Of a stretch of DNA of 64,000 nt, positions 11,176-22,945 are shown one piece after another (position 1 is the first letter of the stretch; each line of letters opens with the position of its first letter). Source of the DNA: Okamejei kenojei. Its lineage: Eukaryota. The stretch is taken from contig CM069136.1 of NCBI GenBank assembly GCA_035221665.1, positions 47,926,001 through 47,990,000 on the forward strand, given 5' to 3'. Made by a program: the position numbers and the translations under genes. The notes beneath the pieces are model-generated. The model ran no database searches, had not been told where the DNA came from, and was given only the letters and a program-made list of their open reading frames with translations.

Positions 11176-12240
11176 ATTACCCAAGCTTGTCTCCTCACTA
11201 CATTTACTGCTGGCTCCAGTCACAAATCCGAGTTTTCAAATGATCTGTGCAAGGCATTCATTGATGCTGGTATTCCACTGTGGAAATTGGAAAGCAAATT
11301 TCTCAGAAGTTTGTTTAGAGAAATACACAGAGGAACATATACCAAATGAGTCATCATCACGGAAAAATTATGTTGACAGCAACTTCACATTGTGGTGCAG
11401 AAAATTAAAGATGAAGTTGCATGCAACAAAATATGGATCTCAATAGACGAGACAACTGGAGGGAGATATGTTGCCAACGTGGTCATCGGTACACTGGAGG
11501 CAGGTCAATCATCAAAGGAGCATTTGTTGACATCAGAAGTATTGGAGAAGTCAAACAGCTCAACTATTGCTCAGTTGTTTACATCTTCACTTGCTGTACT
11601 TTGGTCAGAAGGTATAAAACGCAAGATCTTTTGTTTGTGACTTAAAATTTAGACTAGGTGGGATACATGGCTCTTTGCTGTACTCCACCATGCTGCAAAT
11701 TTTGAAAAGATAAAATAAATTGTCAACTGTTTTGAAGAAGAAGAAGAAGAAGAAGAATCTGCTGCAGTCAGGATCGTCAGTGAAACCATGCAGAAAAAGT
11801 CTCTCCACCGTGATCTTGTGTTTATTGCTTCCAATTTTGCAAACTTCCCACAAGCTATCACTTCCCTCGAGAAACATGGCAAAACATTAGTGAATAACTT
11901 GCAACTTTTCAACAAAGTAACTGACGATATTCGTAAAGTTCCTGGTAATGCAGGTAAAGACATGCAAGGAAAATGTGAGAGACTGATTTTAACTAACAAA
12001 GATCTTGCAGAAATACAAAACATAGCTAAAATTCTCAAAGGTAGTTGTAATGCACAAGATATCGACATGAATATAGAGTCTGTAGCTTGTTTCGGGTATG
12101 CACCAGTGACCTCAGCTGAGGTAGAAATACGTTTTTCACAATTGAAGCATATTCTGTCTGATAGACGGAATAGTTTAACACCAGATAATTTGAAATAAAT
12201 GTTAGTAATTATGTGCAACCAGGCAACTTTGGTCATTTAA
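11176..12240 (+). pseudogene. Disrupted hAT transposase coding region
   Basis: The DETT first catalytic Asp motif and the C-terminal PVTSAEVE.RFS dimerisation-region motif are spread over several frames with stops. Confidence 0.8.
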
Positions 12241-12863
12241 TGTAGTATACCTTTATTGTATCATTTTAAACCATATTTTGGTGGTGGAAATAAATGGCTT
12301 TTTATGGCTTTTTATGTCTTTGTCAATAAATGCCTTTTTTGTGCCTTTTTTGGTGATTTTATTATGCCTTTTTGCCTGCCTATTTCAGTGTTTTTTAGTG
12401 CCTAAACATCCTGGCTCTACTTATTAGTTATTAAACTATACCAATAAAGAGTTTTTTTTACAATAAAGATGTTTTTTTTTTAAATTAAATTAAATTTCTG
12501 CTCTTATCATGGCGCACTGCTCAATGGTTGCAGGTTTGTTTAACGCTATATCCTGCTTAGGAGCAGCACTTTGATGTCAGCTGCCCAGCAGGTTGAAGCT
12601 GTTATAGCTGTTGAACATTAGGAATCTGCCTGATTTGTCAGCAGACATTGGAAAAATGAAGTTCTTAGAGCTAAGTGTTAGATGTAGTATTTGGAGTTTT
12701 TCCCAACATTAATATATAGTATGTCACCTTGCCATCGTCTGCATATTCTGGCATTATTTGAATGAATCTACGCAGATGGCTTGCTGTTTGACATTATGCC
12801 ATTTGTGTGGGTGGATTGACCCATGACTGCCCTCTGTTGATTCACAGCTTGTTTCTACTGATG

Positions 12864-13056
12864 ATAGACAAAGAGCTGGCGTAACTCAGCGGGTCAGGCA
12901 ACATCTCTGGAGAAAAAGGATGGGTGAAGTTTCAGTTTGGGACCCGATTCGGAGGTCCCCGTCCCGAAATATCACCCTTTTTTTCCCAGAGATACTGCCT
13001 GACACTTTGTGTCTACCTTTGATATAAACCAGCATCTGTAGTTCTTTGTTTCTACA
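12864..13056 (+). mobile_element. Penelope-derived hairpin insert (older subfamily)
   Basis: GCTGGCGTAACTCAGCGGGTCAGGC...CCCGAAATATCACC...CAGCATCTGTAGTTC. Flanks TTGTTTC(T/C)ACTG at 12849-12860 and 13057-13068. Confidence 0.7.
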
Positions 13057-13559
13057 TTGTTTCCACTGGTGGCTAGGACATGTTGTAGAGTCAGAAGGCA
13101 CAGACATGAGCCCTTTGGCCCACCATCCATGCCAGCTTTCTATCCTAATTCAATCTTCCTTCATTAGGCACGAGTCCTACAATGCTTTGCCTATTCAAGT
13201 GTAATTGCCTCTTGAACGTTGTACCTATCTCTGCCACAATCTATCCTCTATACGTGCCTCTCACTCTTTACGTTGCCTAATAGGTTAACTTCCAGGTAAA
13301 CAATTCCAACCTATTCAATCTCCTTTATAATTCTATTCCAGGAAATATACTAATGAATCTCTTCTGCACCCTCTCCTGTATAATTGCATCATTCATATAC
13401 TGTGGCTACCAGAGATTGCAGCCCAACCAGTGGCAATTGGGCAGAGGAAGGAGTGAATTCAGATTACTTGTATAATTGTCTTTGAATTTGCTTGTTACCT
13501 AGTTCCACAGGTTCATTATTGATCAGTGGTGTTATTTTTAACTATTAAAACAATATCAC

Positions 13560-14005
13560 AAGGATGATCCCAGGAATGAGTGGGTTAACATGTGATGAGC
13601 GTTTGACGGCACTGGGCCGGTACTTGTTGGAGTTTAGAAGAATGAGGGAGGACATCATTGAAATGTACAGGATAGTGAAAGGCTTGGATAGAGTGGATGT
13701 GGAGAGGATGTTTTCATTAATGGGAGAGTCTAGGACTAGTCATAGCCAATGTTCCTTTAGGAAGGAGATGAGGAGGAATTTCTTTTGTCAGAGGGTGGTG
13801 GTGAATTATTTGCCACAGAAGACTGTGGAGGCCATGTCAATGAATATTTTTAACGCACAGATAGATAGATAGATAGATACATTCTCGGTTGGTACTGGTG
13901 TCGGGTGTTATGGGGAGAAGGCATGAGAATGGGGTTAGGAGAGAGAGAGATAGATCAGCCATGATTGAATGGCGTAGTAGACTTGGCCTAATTCTGCTCC
14001 TATCA
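13560..14005 (+). mobile_element. CR1 3' fragment
   Basis: ORF MIPGMSGLTCDERL...LEFRRMR...RNFFCQRVV, plus the 3' UTR motif GATCAGCCATGATTGAATGGCG. Confidence 0.85.
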
Positions 14006-14404
14006 TGAAGTTATATCCTTCGGGATGAAAGGTGGGACAACCCTTTCAGTATTTTTCTTATACTTCTTCCATCACTTTTGACCTTCATGATAACTCCAGA
14101 ATTATAGCAGTTCCCAATAACATTTGTTTTCTATTGATTACTGCCTACAGTTGTGAGTGTCATGAGGTAATGAACATGCCGGAGTGGAAGGCTTTGGCAC
14201 ACTTCCCTGAAAATCTACTTTGTGTTCATCTTGCAAGCATTAAAATAAAGAATTGGAGATGGGTTTTGGCTTTGGCCAGAGACAATTATTCCCTCTTGTT
14301 GCTAAACATCATTGCTCTAGATTGTGTATTTTCTTGGATTCAAAAATATTGTATTTTTGTTACAAACCAAATTTTACCTAGAAGTTACTTACCTGTATTA
14401 TCTA

Positions 14405-14711
14405 GGGGCAGCACGGTGGCTCAACAGTAGACTTGCTGTCTTACAGCGCCAGAGACCCAGGTTCGATCCCGAGTACAGGTGCTGTCTGTATGGAGTTTGT
14501 ACGTTCTCCCTGTGACCGCATGGGTTTTCTTTAGATGCTTAAGTTTCATTCCACATTCCAAAGACATTCAGGTTTGTAGGTTAATTGACTTTGGTAAAAA
14601 AAAATTGTAAATTGTCCACGGTATGTAGGATAGTACTAGTGTATGGGGATCACTTGTCGGTGCGGACTTGGTGGACTCTAGGGCCTGTTTCCACACTGTA
14701 TCTCTAAACTA
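14405..14711 (+). mobile_element. tRNA-derived SINE (HE1/V-SINE-like)
   Basis: tRNA-like head with A box TGGCTCAACAG and B box GGTTCGATCC, core GGAGTTTGTACGTTCTCCC, and CR1-like tail GGGCCTGTTTCCACACTGTATCTCTAAAC. Confidence 0.85.
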
Positions 14712-15172
14712 TGCAATGTGCATGCCTTTTTGTATAAGGCATTTCAATGTTTTGTATTTGGAATGTCTTTGTTAAATTATCTTGACTGGCCATACTCTTG
14801 CTGCTGCTGCTGCATGCCTCATCCATGCCAACAGTCTTTCACAAATCCACATTTAATTAGGTTGTCTGCAGCTCCTCCAGCTGCTGTCATGTGCGATATA
14901 GGGGACATTCCTCTCTTTTGAAAGGTGTTATCTAGATGGCAGCTGCTAGGATAATGAATTCATAGTATCTTGAAGCAATGAGGATATTTTCCTCTGTGTC
15001 CCCTGCTGTATATAAAGGTTTAAAATAAAGGTTCCAGACTTGGCAAATGGGAAGTGGTCTTTCACATTTGAAAAAAAAAATTAAAGTTGCATTTTTAAAA
15101 ATAAAAAATGTTTAATGTATTTTTATTTGTGTTCACTGTTCTGTCTGACCTTGCCTCTTTCCATTACTCCAG

Positions 15173-15304
15173 GCTCATGTGGGAGTTGCTATTCTTTTTC
15201 TTCTATGGGGATGCTCGAAGCTCGCATTCGTATTCTGACAAGCAACACGCAAACTCCAATCCTCAGCCCTCAGCAGATAGTATCCTGCAGCAATTATTCA
15301 CAAG
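15173..15304 (+). CDS. CTSC: Cathepsin C coding exon containing the catalytic Cys
   Basis: Polypyrimidine tract plus AG at 15171-15172, donor GTATT. 132 bp encoding (G)[43 protein letters not shown](G). Catalytic Cys codon at 15187-15189. Confidence 0.96.
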
Positions 15305-15865
15305 GTATTGTCTAATGCAGCGGCTCTTGTGGTCACATTTTTAGATTATGATTTTGCAAAACATTTTCAAGTAGCTGTTTTTGTACTGCAAAGCATGAAT
15401 TAATATTTTTTCATCATCTATGGTATTTTTTAAGTGTGGAAATTAGTCCCACTAGTGTTATATCATTTTGGCAACGCCTGGCGTGCGCTTCACAGCAAAA
15501 TTGATTGCTTTAATCAAAATCTGAATGCATGATAATCATGTTCAATATTGTTATGTTAGCAGGCATCATAGTGACACAGCAAAAATTTATTTCCAATGCT
15601 ATTGTGGGATGGCATGAAAAGCTATAACATTCCTGAGTAGTCCAACATTTTAAGAGATAAAACATAGTGTTGTAAATACTTAGCAGGTCTGGTATGGAAA
15701 GGGAAACATTGATAGGTTAGGCTCATGACATTTTATCGACTTTTGGATTTCAAAAGTTGACTTTTGCAGATAATGTAATTGATTTTAGAATTCATCCCAA
15801 AGACAATTTTTTGTCTTTGGGACAAATAAACACCTTTGTGATAGAAAAAATATCTCCACAATGAC

Positions 15866-16915
15866 TAGTTATGTTACAAAACTTACCTTTAGCGGTGCTG
15901 CAGTTCTGTCACTGTGTGCGCGACTTTGGAGCCTTTTGGGGGGAGGGGGGGTTAAAATGCGGTTTTCCCTTGCCATCCGGAATTATATTTTCTCGGAGTG
16001 CGAGCTTTTTTCTGGAGATTCGTTCTGAATGCCGGTAAGTAAAATTTTTTTTTTTAATCGCCCGACTATTTCAGCGCTGCAGTAAAATAAAAATTAGCTC
16101 CTAATGCCGTGAACACTGACAACAGGGACGGATTTTACGTAGGGGACAGGTAAATGAAAGCTGTTTATTTTTTCATATAAACTTACTTGTTTAGATGACC
16201 TTAATCAACATTTCATGTTGTGAAACGGTGATTTATTCCCCATATGAACCGGCAGTATTTTTCCTGCCGATATTGGATTTAAATTCACCGCAACCGCAAC
16301 CGCAACGTTCCAATCCATCGCGTTCCAGAAAATCCCACTCGCAAGCTGATTTAAATGGCCATTAATTTACGGGCATTAAACACTAAATTCCTTCAATTTG
16401 GCCTATAAATTAATGACAATTAGATTTAAAAATCATGTTATATTGTGAATTCTTGTGTGAATGTTATTTGGACACTTAGGCTTTTAAAAAAAATGTTAAT
16501 ATTTTCTTAAGAAATGGATAGATGTTTAGATCTAGTAATTGAATTTTGTAATTAGCTACAATTGGGTAACTAACTAATTATATGCTTTAATTTCGGGTCA
16601 TCCAAGCAAGATTGTTTCATATTTGTTTCAGAATGCTTCAATCTATAATAACTGAAAATTTCTTTCAATTCTCTTAATTTTTAAGAAAGTTATGGACTTT
16701 TTTGACTGTCCTCGATCACAACTTTTGTGTTAAGTCAATGGAAAACCAATAGGGAACAAAATGCTAATTTCCGAGTATGAAAATGGCCATAACATTTTTA
16801 ATATTGAAGATATGAAAATGAATTAGGTGTCAAATTAAACTTTTTATGCTTTCTCTGATGAGATAGATTGCAGATTTTATTTTTTACAAAATCTTAAAAT
16901 TTTGTTACATTGCTA
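15866..16915. mobile_element. Non-autonomous TIR DNA transposon with 7-bp TSD
   Basis: Left TAGTTATGTTACAAAA; right reverse complement TAGCAATGTAACAAAA. CAATGAC on both flanks (15859-15865, 16916-16922). Confidence 0.7.
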
Positions 16916-16989
16916 CAATGACATTGGTCAAATGAGCTTTTGTGCACATTGGATAAATGTCATAACTTTCAATATAATAATTTAGCTGA

Positions 16990-18440
16990 ATAAAACACAA
17001 AGTGTTGGAGGAACCCAGCAGGTCAGGCAGCATCTGTGGACACAATGGACTGGCTGATTGGAGTAGGTGGTTGAAAGGTGGAGGCAGGTCAAAGCCTGCC
17101 AATTGATATGTGAATATAAGAGAGAGGTGAGTTTGATTGCCAGATGGGTGGAATAAGTGATAACAGCAAGAGATGAGGAGATAAAAGGGCGTCAGATGGA
17201 GGGAGGGAGGGAGGGAGGGGGAGGGGGAGTTTAGTGTATGAAGAAGGGGAAAGGAGCCATGTGCCTGAGGGATGGGAGAAATTTGTGCCAACTGATGTGA
17301 AGGGTTGGGCACGAGAAAGAAACGGGGTTGGGATAGGTGAGGTGTTGCTTAAAATTGGAGAAATCAATGATCATTAGGTTGTCAGTGACCCAAACAGAAT
17401 ATGAGGTATTGTTCCTCCAGTTTACATGTGGCCTCACTCTGGTAATGGTAATACTAAAGATCTGAATGGGTATGGGGAAGCAACCAGTACAATCAACAGA
17501 CTTGACGGACAGAGTGCAAGTGTTTGGCGGAACGATTGTCTTATGCTTGGTCTCCTCGATATAAAGGATTCTTAGAATAAAGGGAGGTCATTTAAGACTG
17601 AGGTGAGAAACCTTTTCACCCAGAGATTTGTGAATTTATGGAATTCCCTGCCACAGAGTGCAGTGGAGGCCAAGTCATTGGATGGATTTAAGAGAGAGTT
17701 AGATAGAGCTCTAGGGGCTAATGGAGTCAAGGGATATGGGGAGAAGGCAGGCACGGGTTATTGATAGGGGGCGATCAGCCATGATTACAATGCATGGCAG
17801 TGCTGGATCGAAGGACCGAATGGCCTCCTCCTGCACCCATTTTCTATGTTTCTAAAGGATATCACACAAGGAGCACCAAATACAATAGATGTGGTGGGAT
17901 CATGATGAAGGTGGCAGAAATGTTGGAGAATGATGTGTTAGATGGCAGGCTGAGGGGGTGAAAGGTGAGGGCTAAAGGAACTCTATGCTTGCTATATTTG
18001 GGCGCAAGAAGAGTGAGTGGAGAACTGCGGGACACCGGCGACTTGATTAGGGGTTCATCCATCACAGCAGTGAGAAAACCATGTTTGCTGAAGAAGGTAA
18101 ACATCTCGGATGTCCTAGAGTAGAAAGCCTCATCTTGGGAGCAGATGTAGGAAAGAAAAAGAAAATTAAAGCAAAGGATGGTCTTCTTGCGAGAGGAAGA
18201 GTGGGAAGAAGTTTTGGTCATAGTAACTGGGAATCAGTGTGTCTGGAGTAAAAATGAGGACATAGTCTTTCCTCAGTGGTGGAGATAAAGATTGTGAAAG
18301 GGGAGGAGAGGTTTCAGAGATAACCAATTGAAATTGAGACCAGGGTGAAAGATAGTAGTAAAGGTGAAAACAACAAATTCAGCACGTGGGGCAGGAGGCA
18401 GACCCAATGCAGTCATTAATATAGTGGATAAAGAGTTGGG
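16990..18440 (-). mobile_element. Degraded Penelope-like element interrupted by a CR1 3' end (about 17570-17852, + strand)
   Basis: Minus peptides SQDEAFYSRTSEMFTFFSKHGF and KHRVPLALTFHP match those of the Penelope at 61892-63840. The CR1 tail is CCATTTTCTATGTTTCTA. Confidence 0.75.
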
Positions 18441-18774
18441 GAATGATCAAGTCAAGTCAAGAGTTTATTGTCATGTGTCCCAGATAGGACAATGAAATTC
18501 TTGCTTGCTGCAGCACAACAGAATATTGTAAGCTGAAATACAGAACAGGTCAGTTCAATATACACATAAATAAGCAGATAAACTGCTTACAATATTGATG
18601 CTCCAGTACATTTGGAACGTTCAACGTAACCAGCAGAAAGACAATCATAGCTGGTGTCATGCGATTACCATGGCTACATCTTTGACAAATAAACACCTTT
18701 GTGAGAGGAGTCCCTGTACACCTCCACACCCCACCAGAAAAGCCACCATGCCCTCTGGTTCTTCCTTGAGCAGA

Positions 18775-19585
18775 GAATCAATCAGTTCCCTAGTTGCTAA
18801 CCATTTTAACACTCCTTCTCATTTCCATACTTTCTGCCTTAAGCCTCCTCCATTGCCTAAGTGAGGTTACATGCAAACTGGAGGCATAGCAGCTCATCTT
18901 CTGCTTGGGTAGTTTACCGCCCAAAGATATGAACATTTATTTCTCCAGTTTCAAGTAATACCCCGTCTGCTCCCCATCTCTCATGCCCCTCCCAGTCACT
19001 CAGCTCCTTTCCTTCCTTTCTACACTCATCTCTCATCCCTGAGTTCCCCATTTCCCCTTTATTCACCTGTCCCCTTCCACCAAAATCTCTCCCTCCATCT
19101 TTACATTTTACTTGTCCTCTGGTCTACTTACCGGACTCCTTTTAATCTGCTTTTCTTCTTTCTTGCGTATGACGTGCACACCTAAAGTTGTGGGACAACT
19201 TGTTCTACTTTTGATCTTATTTGATTGCGCACGCTAGGTTGATTGCATTAGTTGAAACAGGGCAGACCATGTGAAGATTGCAATCTCCCACCCCATATGC
19301 TTTTCATCTTTGGCCTTTGTAACTTACTCCAGCCATCTTCCATTCAAATGCATCCCTCACCTGTATCCACCTTGCAATTGCCAGACTTTGTCCTGTCTCC
19401 CCCCACTTCTCATTACTGGCTCCCCCCCTTCCAATCAGTTTGAAGAAGTACACAACTGTCCATTCTCGCCACAGATGCTGCCTGACCTGAGTTCCTCCAG
19501 CACGTTGTGTTTTTTCTCAATGTAATGAGTGGACTCGTACACAATCTACACTCAAGATCCCAACATCTGTAGTTTCTTGTGTCTC
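18775..19585 (+). mobile_element. Penelope-like 3' fragment
   Basis: VANHFN..SH motif and CTCATCTTCTGCTTGGGTAG. Ends GATGCTGCCTGACCTG...CATCTGTAGTTTCTT. Confidence 0.7.
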
Positions 19586-19751
19586 TATGTTTGGCTGAGT
19601 TTACTTCTGAAATGGTATTGATCTGGCAGGTTACTAATGAAATTTGTGCATTTTGCATCATCACTTGAATGCAGGAGGGGGCAGTGGGTTTTTATTTCAC
19701 CCATATTTACAATGTATGACCTGTTAACGTGTGTTTTTAAATGTCATACAG

Positions 19752-20254
19752 GATGTTTGGGAGGATTTCCATATTTGATTGCCGGGAAGTATGCCCAAGA
19801 TTTTGGTGTGGTTGAAGAAGATTGCTTTCCTTACACAGGAAGAGATGATCCTTGCATCATGAAGAGCTCTTGCTACCGCTACTACACTCCTCAGTATTAT
19901 TATGTTGGTGGGTTTTATGGTGCTTGCAACGAAGCAGCAATGAAAGTGGAGCTGGTTAAAAATGGCCCTGTATCCGTTGCTTTTGAAGTTTACAATGACT
20001 TTATGAATTATCACGGAGGAATCTATCACTATACAGGGTTGGGTGATCGGTTCAACCCCTTTGAGCTTACTAATCATGCAGTGTTGCTTGTGGGCTATGG
20101 CAGGGACCCACAAACAAAGGAAAAATATTGGATTGTTAAGAACAGCTGGGGTAGTAATTGGGGAGAATATGGTTACTTCCGCATCCGTCGTGGCACCGAT
20201 GAATGTGCAATTGAAAGCATAGCTGTCGCAGCTATCCCAATACCAAAACTTTAG
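19752..20254 (+). CDS. CTSC: Cathepsin C last coding exon
   Basis: Acceptor tacAG. Encodes [19 protein letters not shown]...[16 protein letters not shown]...KNSWG...[21 protein letters not shown], including the catalytic His and Asn. Stop TAG at 20252-20254. Confidence 0.97.
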
Positions 20255-20257
20255 AGG

Positions 20258-20263
20258 AATAAA
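20258..20263 (+). terminator. Candidate polyadenylation signal AATAAA just after the CTSC stop
   Basis: The sequence reads TAG-agg-AATAAA. An alternative ATTAAA is at 20736-20741. Usage is unknown. Confidence 0.35.
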
Positions 20264-21294
20264 CACGTTTGCTAAAAGCCAAATTGCAAAAACAGCTATG
20301 ATATTTGATTTTTCATTTCCGATGAAAATTATCTGAATCTTAAATTGAAAAAGCTTTGGCTTTCAAAAATGTTCCATTTTGCTCACTCATCCTTATGTCA
20401 AGGTTAGATGTTATTGTTGATAAAATGCTTTGAATCAACAACTTTGTTTTTGAATCTGTGCAATGATTTAGCTTTATGGAATTCAGTATCATGTTATAAT
20501 GAATAGCATGTTATCCAAATTACTTTTAAACTTTCTTAACATGGCAGTACACTAAAGGTTGGATATAGGCCTTCAAATGATATTTGTATTCCAAAATGTT
20601 TTTTTTCCATAATCTGTGAATTGAGACACAATTGTTAAAACATTTTGTACTTGTATAAGTACAAGTTGTTTAATCAATGCAGTATATGTTGAAAATAATG
20701 TAAATTATCATTTACATGCATGTTATCACCTTAAAATTAAATGAGCTGAAAATCGCTAATTGTGGAACAAATTATAATATTCAAAATTGTAAAATATTAT
20801 TGCCTTAAATCATTGATCCAAATTTCCTCTCCTGGCTTTTAATGGGATGGATTTAGTATGGATGCATCTGCATTTACCAATGCCACTTTTTATAAAGGAC
20901 TCTTATAGTTTTTTAAATCAATTTTGAAGCCTGTATTAGGCTTTTTAAAATATAGCATGGGAATGGTAATATGACGTTTTTTGAAGTTACTTATGATGTT
21001 ATACCTTGCTGGACAAGAGTCTGAATGTATACATATAAAGACTTAATATCCCATGTATGTACTTTATTTTTGCTATTTGTTGTCATCAATGATGCTTGAA
21101 TATTTTGCCAAAGGTTTCTTATTAAAATCTGATCATTACCCAGTGATAAAGCATTGTGTTCATTGACAAGTCTTCTGACCTTGTTGAGGTAATTGAAGTG
21201 ATTGTTCCTTGTTGCTGCTTTACTGACTCTGTCATTTGAGCAGGAAGTCTCTTCCAGGAATGAGCAGTTTAAAGCCAGAATCTGTTTTGTTTTA

Positions 21295-21575
21295 AAAAGG
21301 GACGCGCAGTGCTGGAGAAACTCAGCGGGTAAGGCAGCATCTCTGGAGAGCATGGATAGGTGACACTTTGGGTCGGAACCTTTCTTCACCTGGGGTTAGG
21401 AGAGATAGATGATTGAATGGCAGAGTGGTCTTGATGGGCCACATGGCCTAATTCTGCTCCTATCATTTATGATCTTCACCTATCCATGTTTTCCAGCGAT
21501 GCTACCTGACCAGCTGAGTTACTCCAGCACTTTGTCCTGTTTCGTAAACCAGCATCTGCAATTCCTTGTTTTACA
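21295..21575 (+). mobile_element. Penelope-derived hairpin with a short CR1 3' tail inserted at its apex
   Basis: Inverted arms GCTGGAGAAACTCAGCGGG / GCTGAGTTACTCCAGC surround GATTGAATGGCAGAGTGG...GGCCTAATTCTGCTCC. Confidence 0.7.
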
Positions 21576-22704
21576 TTATCCCATTTGTTATGTTTAATTC
21601 ATTGTGCAATTAATAAGAGCTGCAGATATGTCTGTTAGTGTCTGTGGTTGCAGTTTGTGGAAGGACTGTTGTGCTTTCTGCGAAAGCTTGTCAAATGTGT
21701 TTGTGCACTAGGTAATGGGAGCTGCAAAAAAAAAACTTTGTTAGACTGATCCATGTGAGCTTCCTTCATGTACTATCTATTGGTTTTAATTAATCATCAA
21801 CTTTGCATTTAACACAATTGACAACTTTAATTCAATTTCACAACCATTTGTTTTCTCTTCATTGAACATTTTAACTTTTTTAGATGTCATTTATTCACTT
21901 GTAAATTCAACCATATTTCAGGATGGGCTGTCAAAATACTGTGAAGAGCCAGCAGATGTCAGTGCACTTATTTGCTACAGGTTAAAGACTGGAGTAAAAT
22001 TTCAATTTAAGCCATTCGCAATTCCTTCAACTTTTTAGAAGCTTTCTCATTCCATTACTGGTAAGATTGTTGTGACACCATAGCAGCGTAGTACAGAAAT
22101 GTTGTACTGAGGTCGGCTGAAGGGCATGAAGGAAATGTGATGAATTAGACTGCATATGTTAGTAAGCACATGAAAATTATTACATTCAACCAACAGATCG
22201 TGGATTCCAATATTTTCCTGGATTTTAATTCCCTGTTCATCTTCCGCTGATCGATTCTGTTTCTTGCCATCTCACCCAATGTTCTGCTCCTGCTTCTTTT
22301 CAAACAATGCTATAGTGTTACAATCCCTGTCCCCTCTGATCCTTCATGAAGAAGCCTCGGATTTATTTACTTTGTTTCCCAACCTAATGGATTCTGAGCC
22401 AAGAATGATGTTAAACCAGGCACTCTCCACTCTGTGTGAACAAAAACCTGGCCTGCACATCTCCTTTAAACTTTTTCCACCTCTCACTGTAAAGCTACGC
22501 CCTCTAGTATTTGACTTTTTTCCTTTTAGCTGGGTGCCTTCACTGAAGACTGCCTGCTTCTTCCAGAATTCCAACCACCTTCCCTTGCCCACCACTGCCC
22601 AATTTCTGGCTTCCCTCTAGATCTTTTCATTGCCATTTGATGATGCATGGTTTAGACATGGTGGGTTGAAGGACATGTTCTTGTACTGAAGAACATGTTC
22701 TTGG

Positions 22705-22945
22705 ACCAATGAGTCCGCACCAACCAGCAATCTTTGTACACCAGTACTCTCCTATGCACTTCTTACCAAAACTAATTAACCTACAAACCTGTACGTCTTT
22801 GGGGTGTGGGAGAAACAGAGGTTCACAGGGTCACACAGGTCACAGGAAGAACATACAAACTCCGTAAGCTAGCACCTGTAGTCGAGATCGATCCCGGGTC
22901 TGGCGCTGCATGGCAGCGACTACTGCTGTGCCACCGTGCTGCCCC
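22705..22945 (-). mobile_element. HE1/V-SINE-like SINE
   Basis: Reverse complement of the 14405 element, ending GCCACCGTGCTGCCCC. Confidence 0.8.

Larger units (their letters stand above)
10604..12419 (+). mobile_element. hAT DNA transposon with decayed CGGBP-related transposase
   Basis: TIR TAGTGCCAGGAT / ATCCTGGCTCTA. 8-bp TSD CTTAT(C/T)AG (10596-10603, 12420-12427). Frameshifted peptides EFSNDLCKAFIDAGIPLWKLE, IWISIDETT..RYVANVVIGTL and APVTSAEVEIRFSQLKHILSDRRNSL. Confidence 0.85.

Noticed and set aside
11734-11757. (GAA)8 run giving poly-E/S/F peptides
   Set aside because: Simple microsatellite within a dead transposase.
14405-14480. tRNA gene
   Set aside because: The A/B boxes belong to a SINE head that continues into SINE core and tail, with no full cloverleaf.
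19637-19751. N-terminal extension of the 205-aa ORF
   Set aside because: Intronic. Homology starts at the AG acceptor at 19750-19751.
19724-20266. 180-aa antisense ORF
   Set aside because: Shadow of the CTSC last exon.
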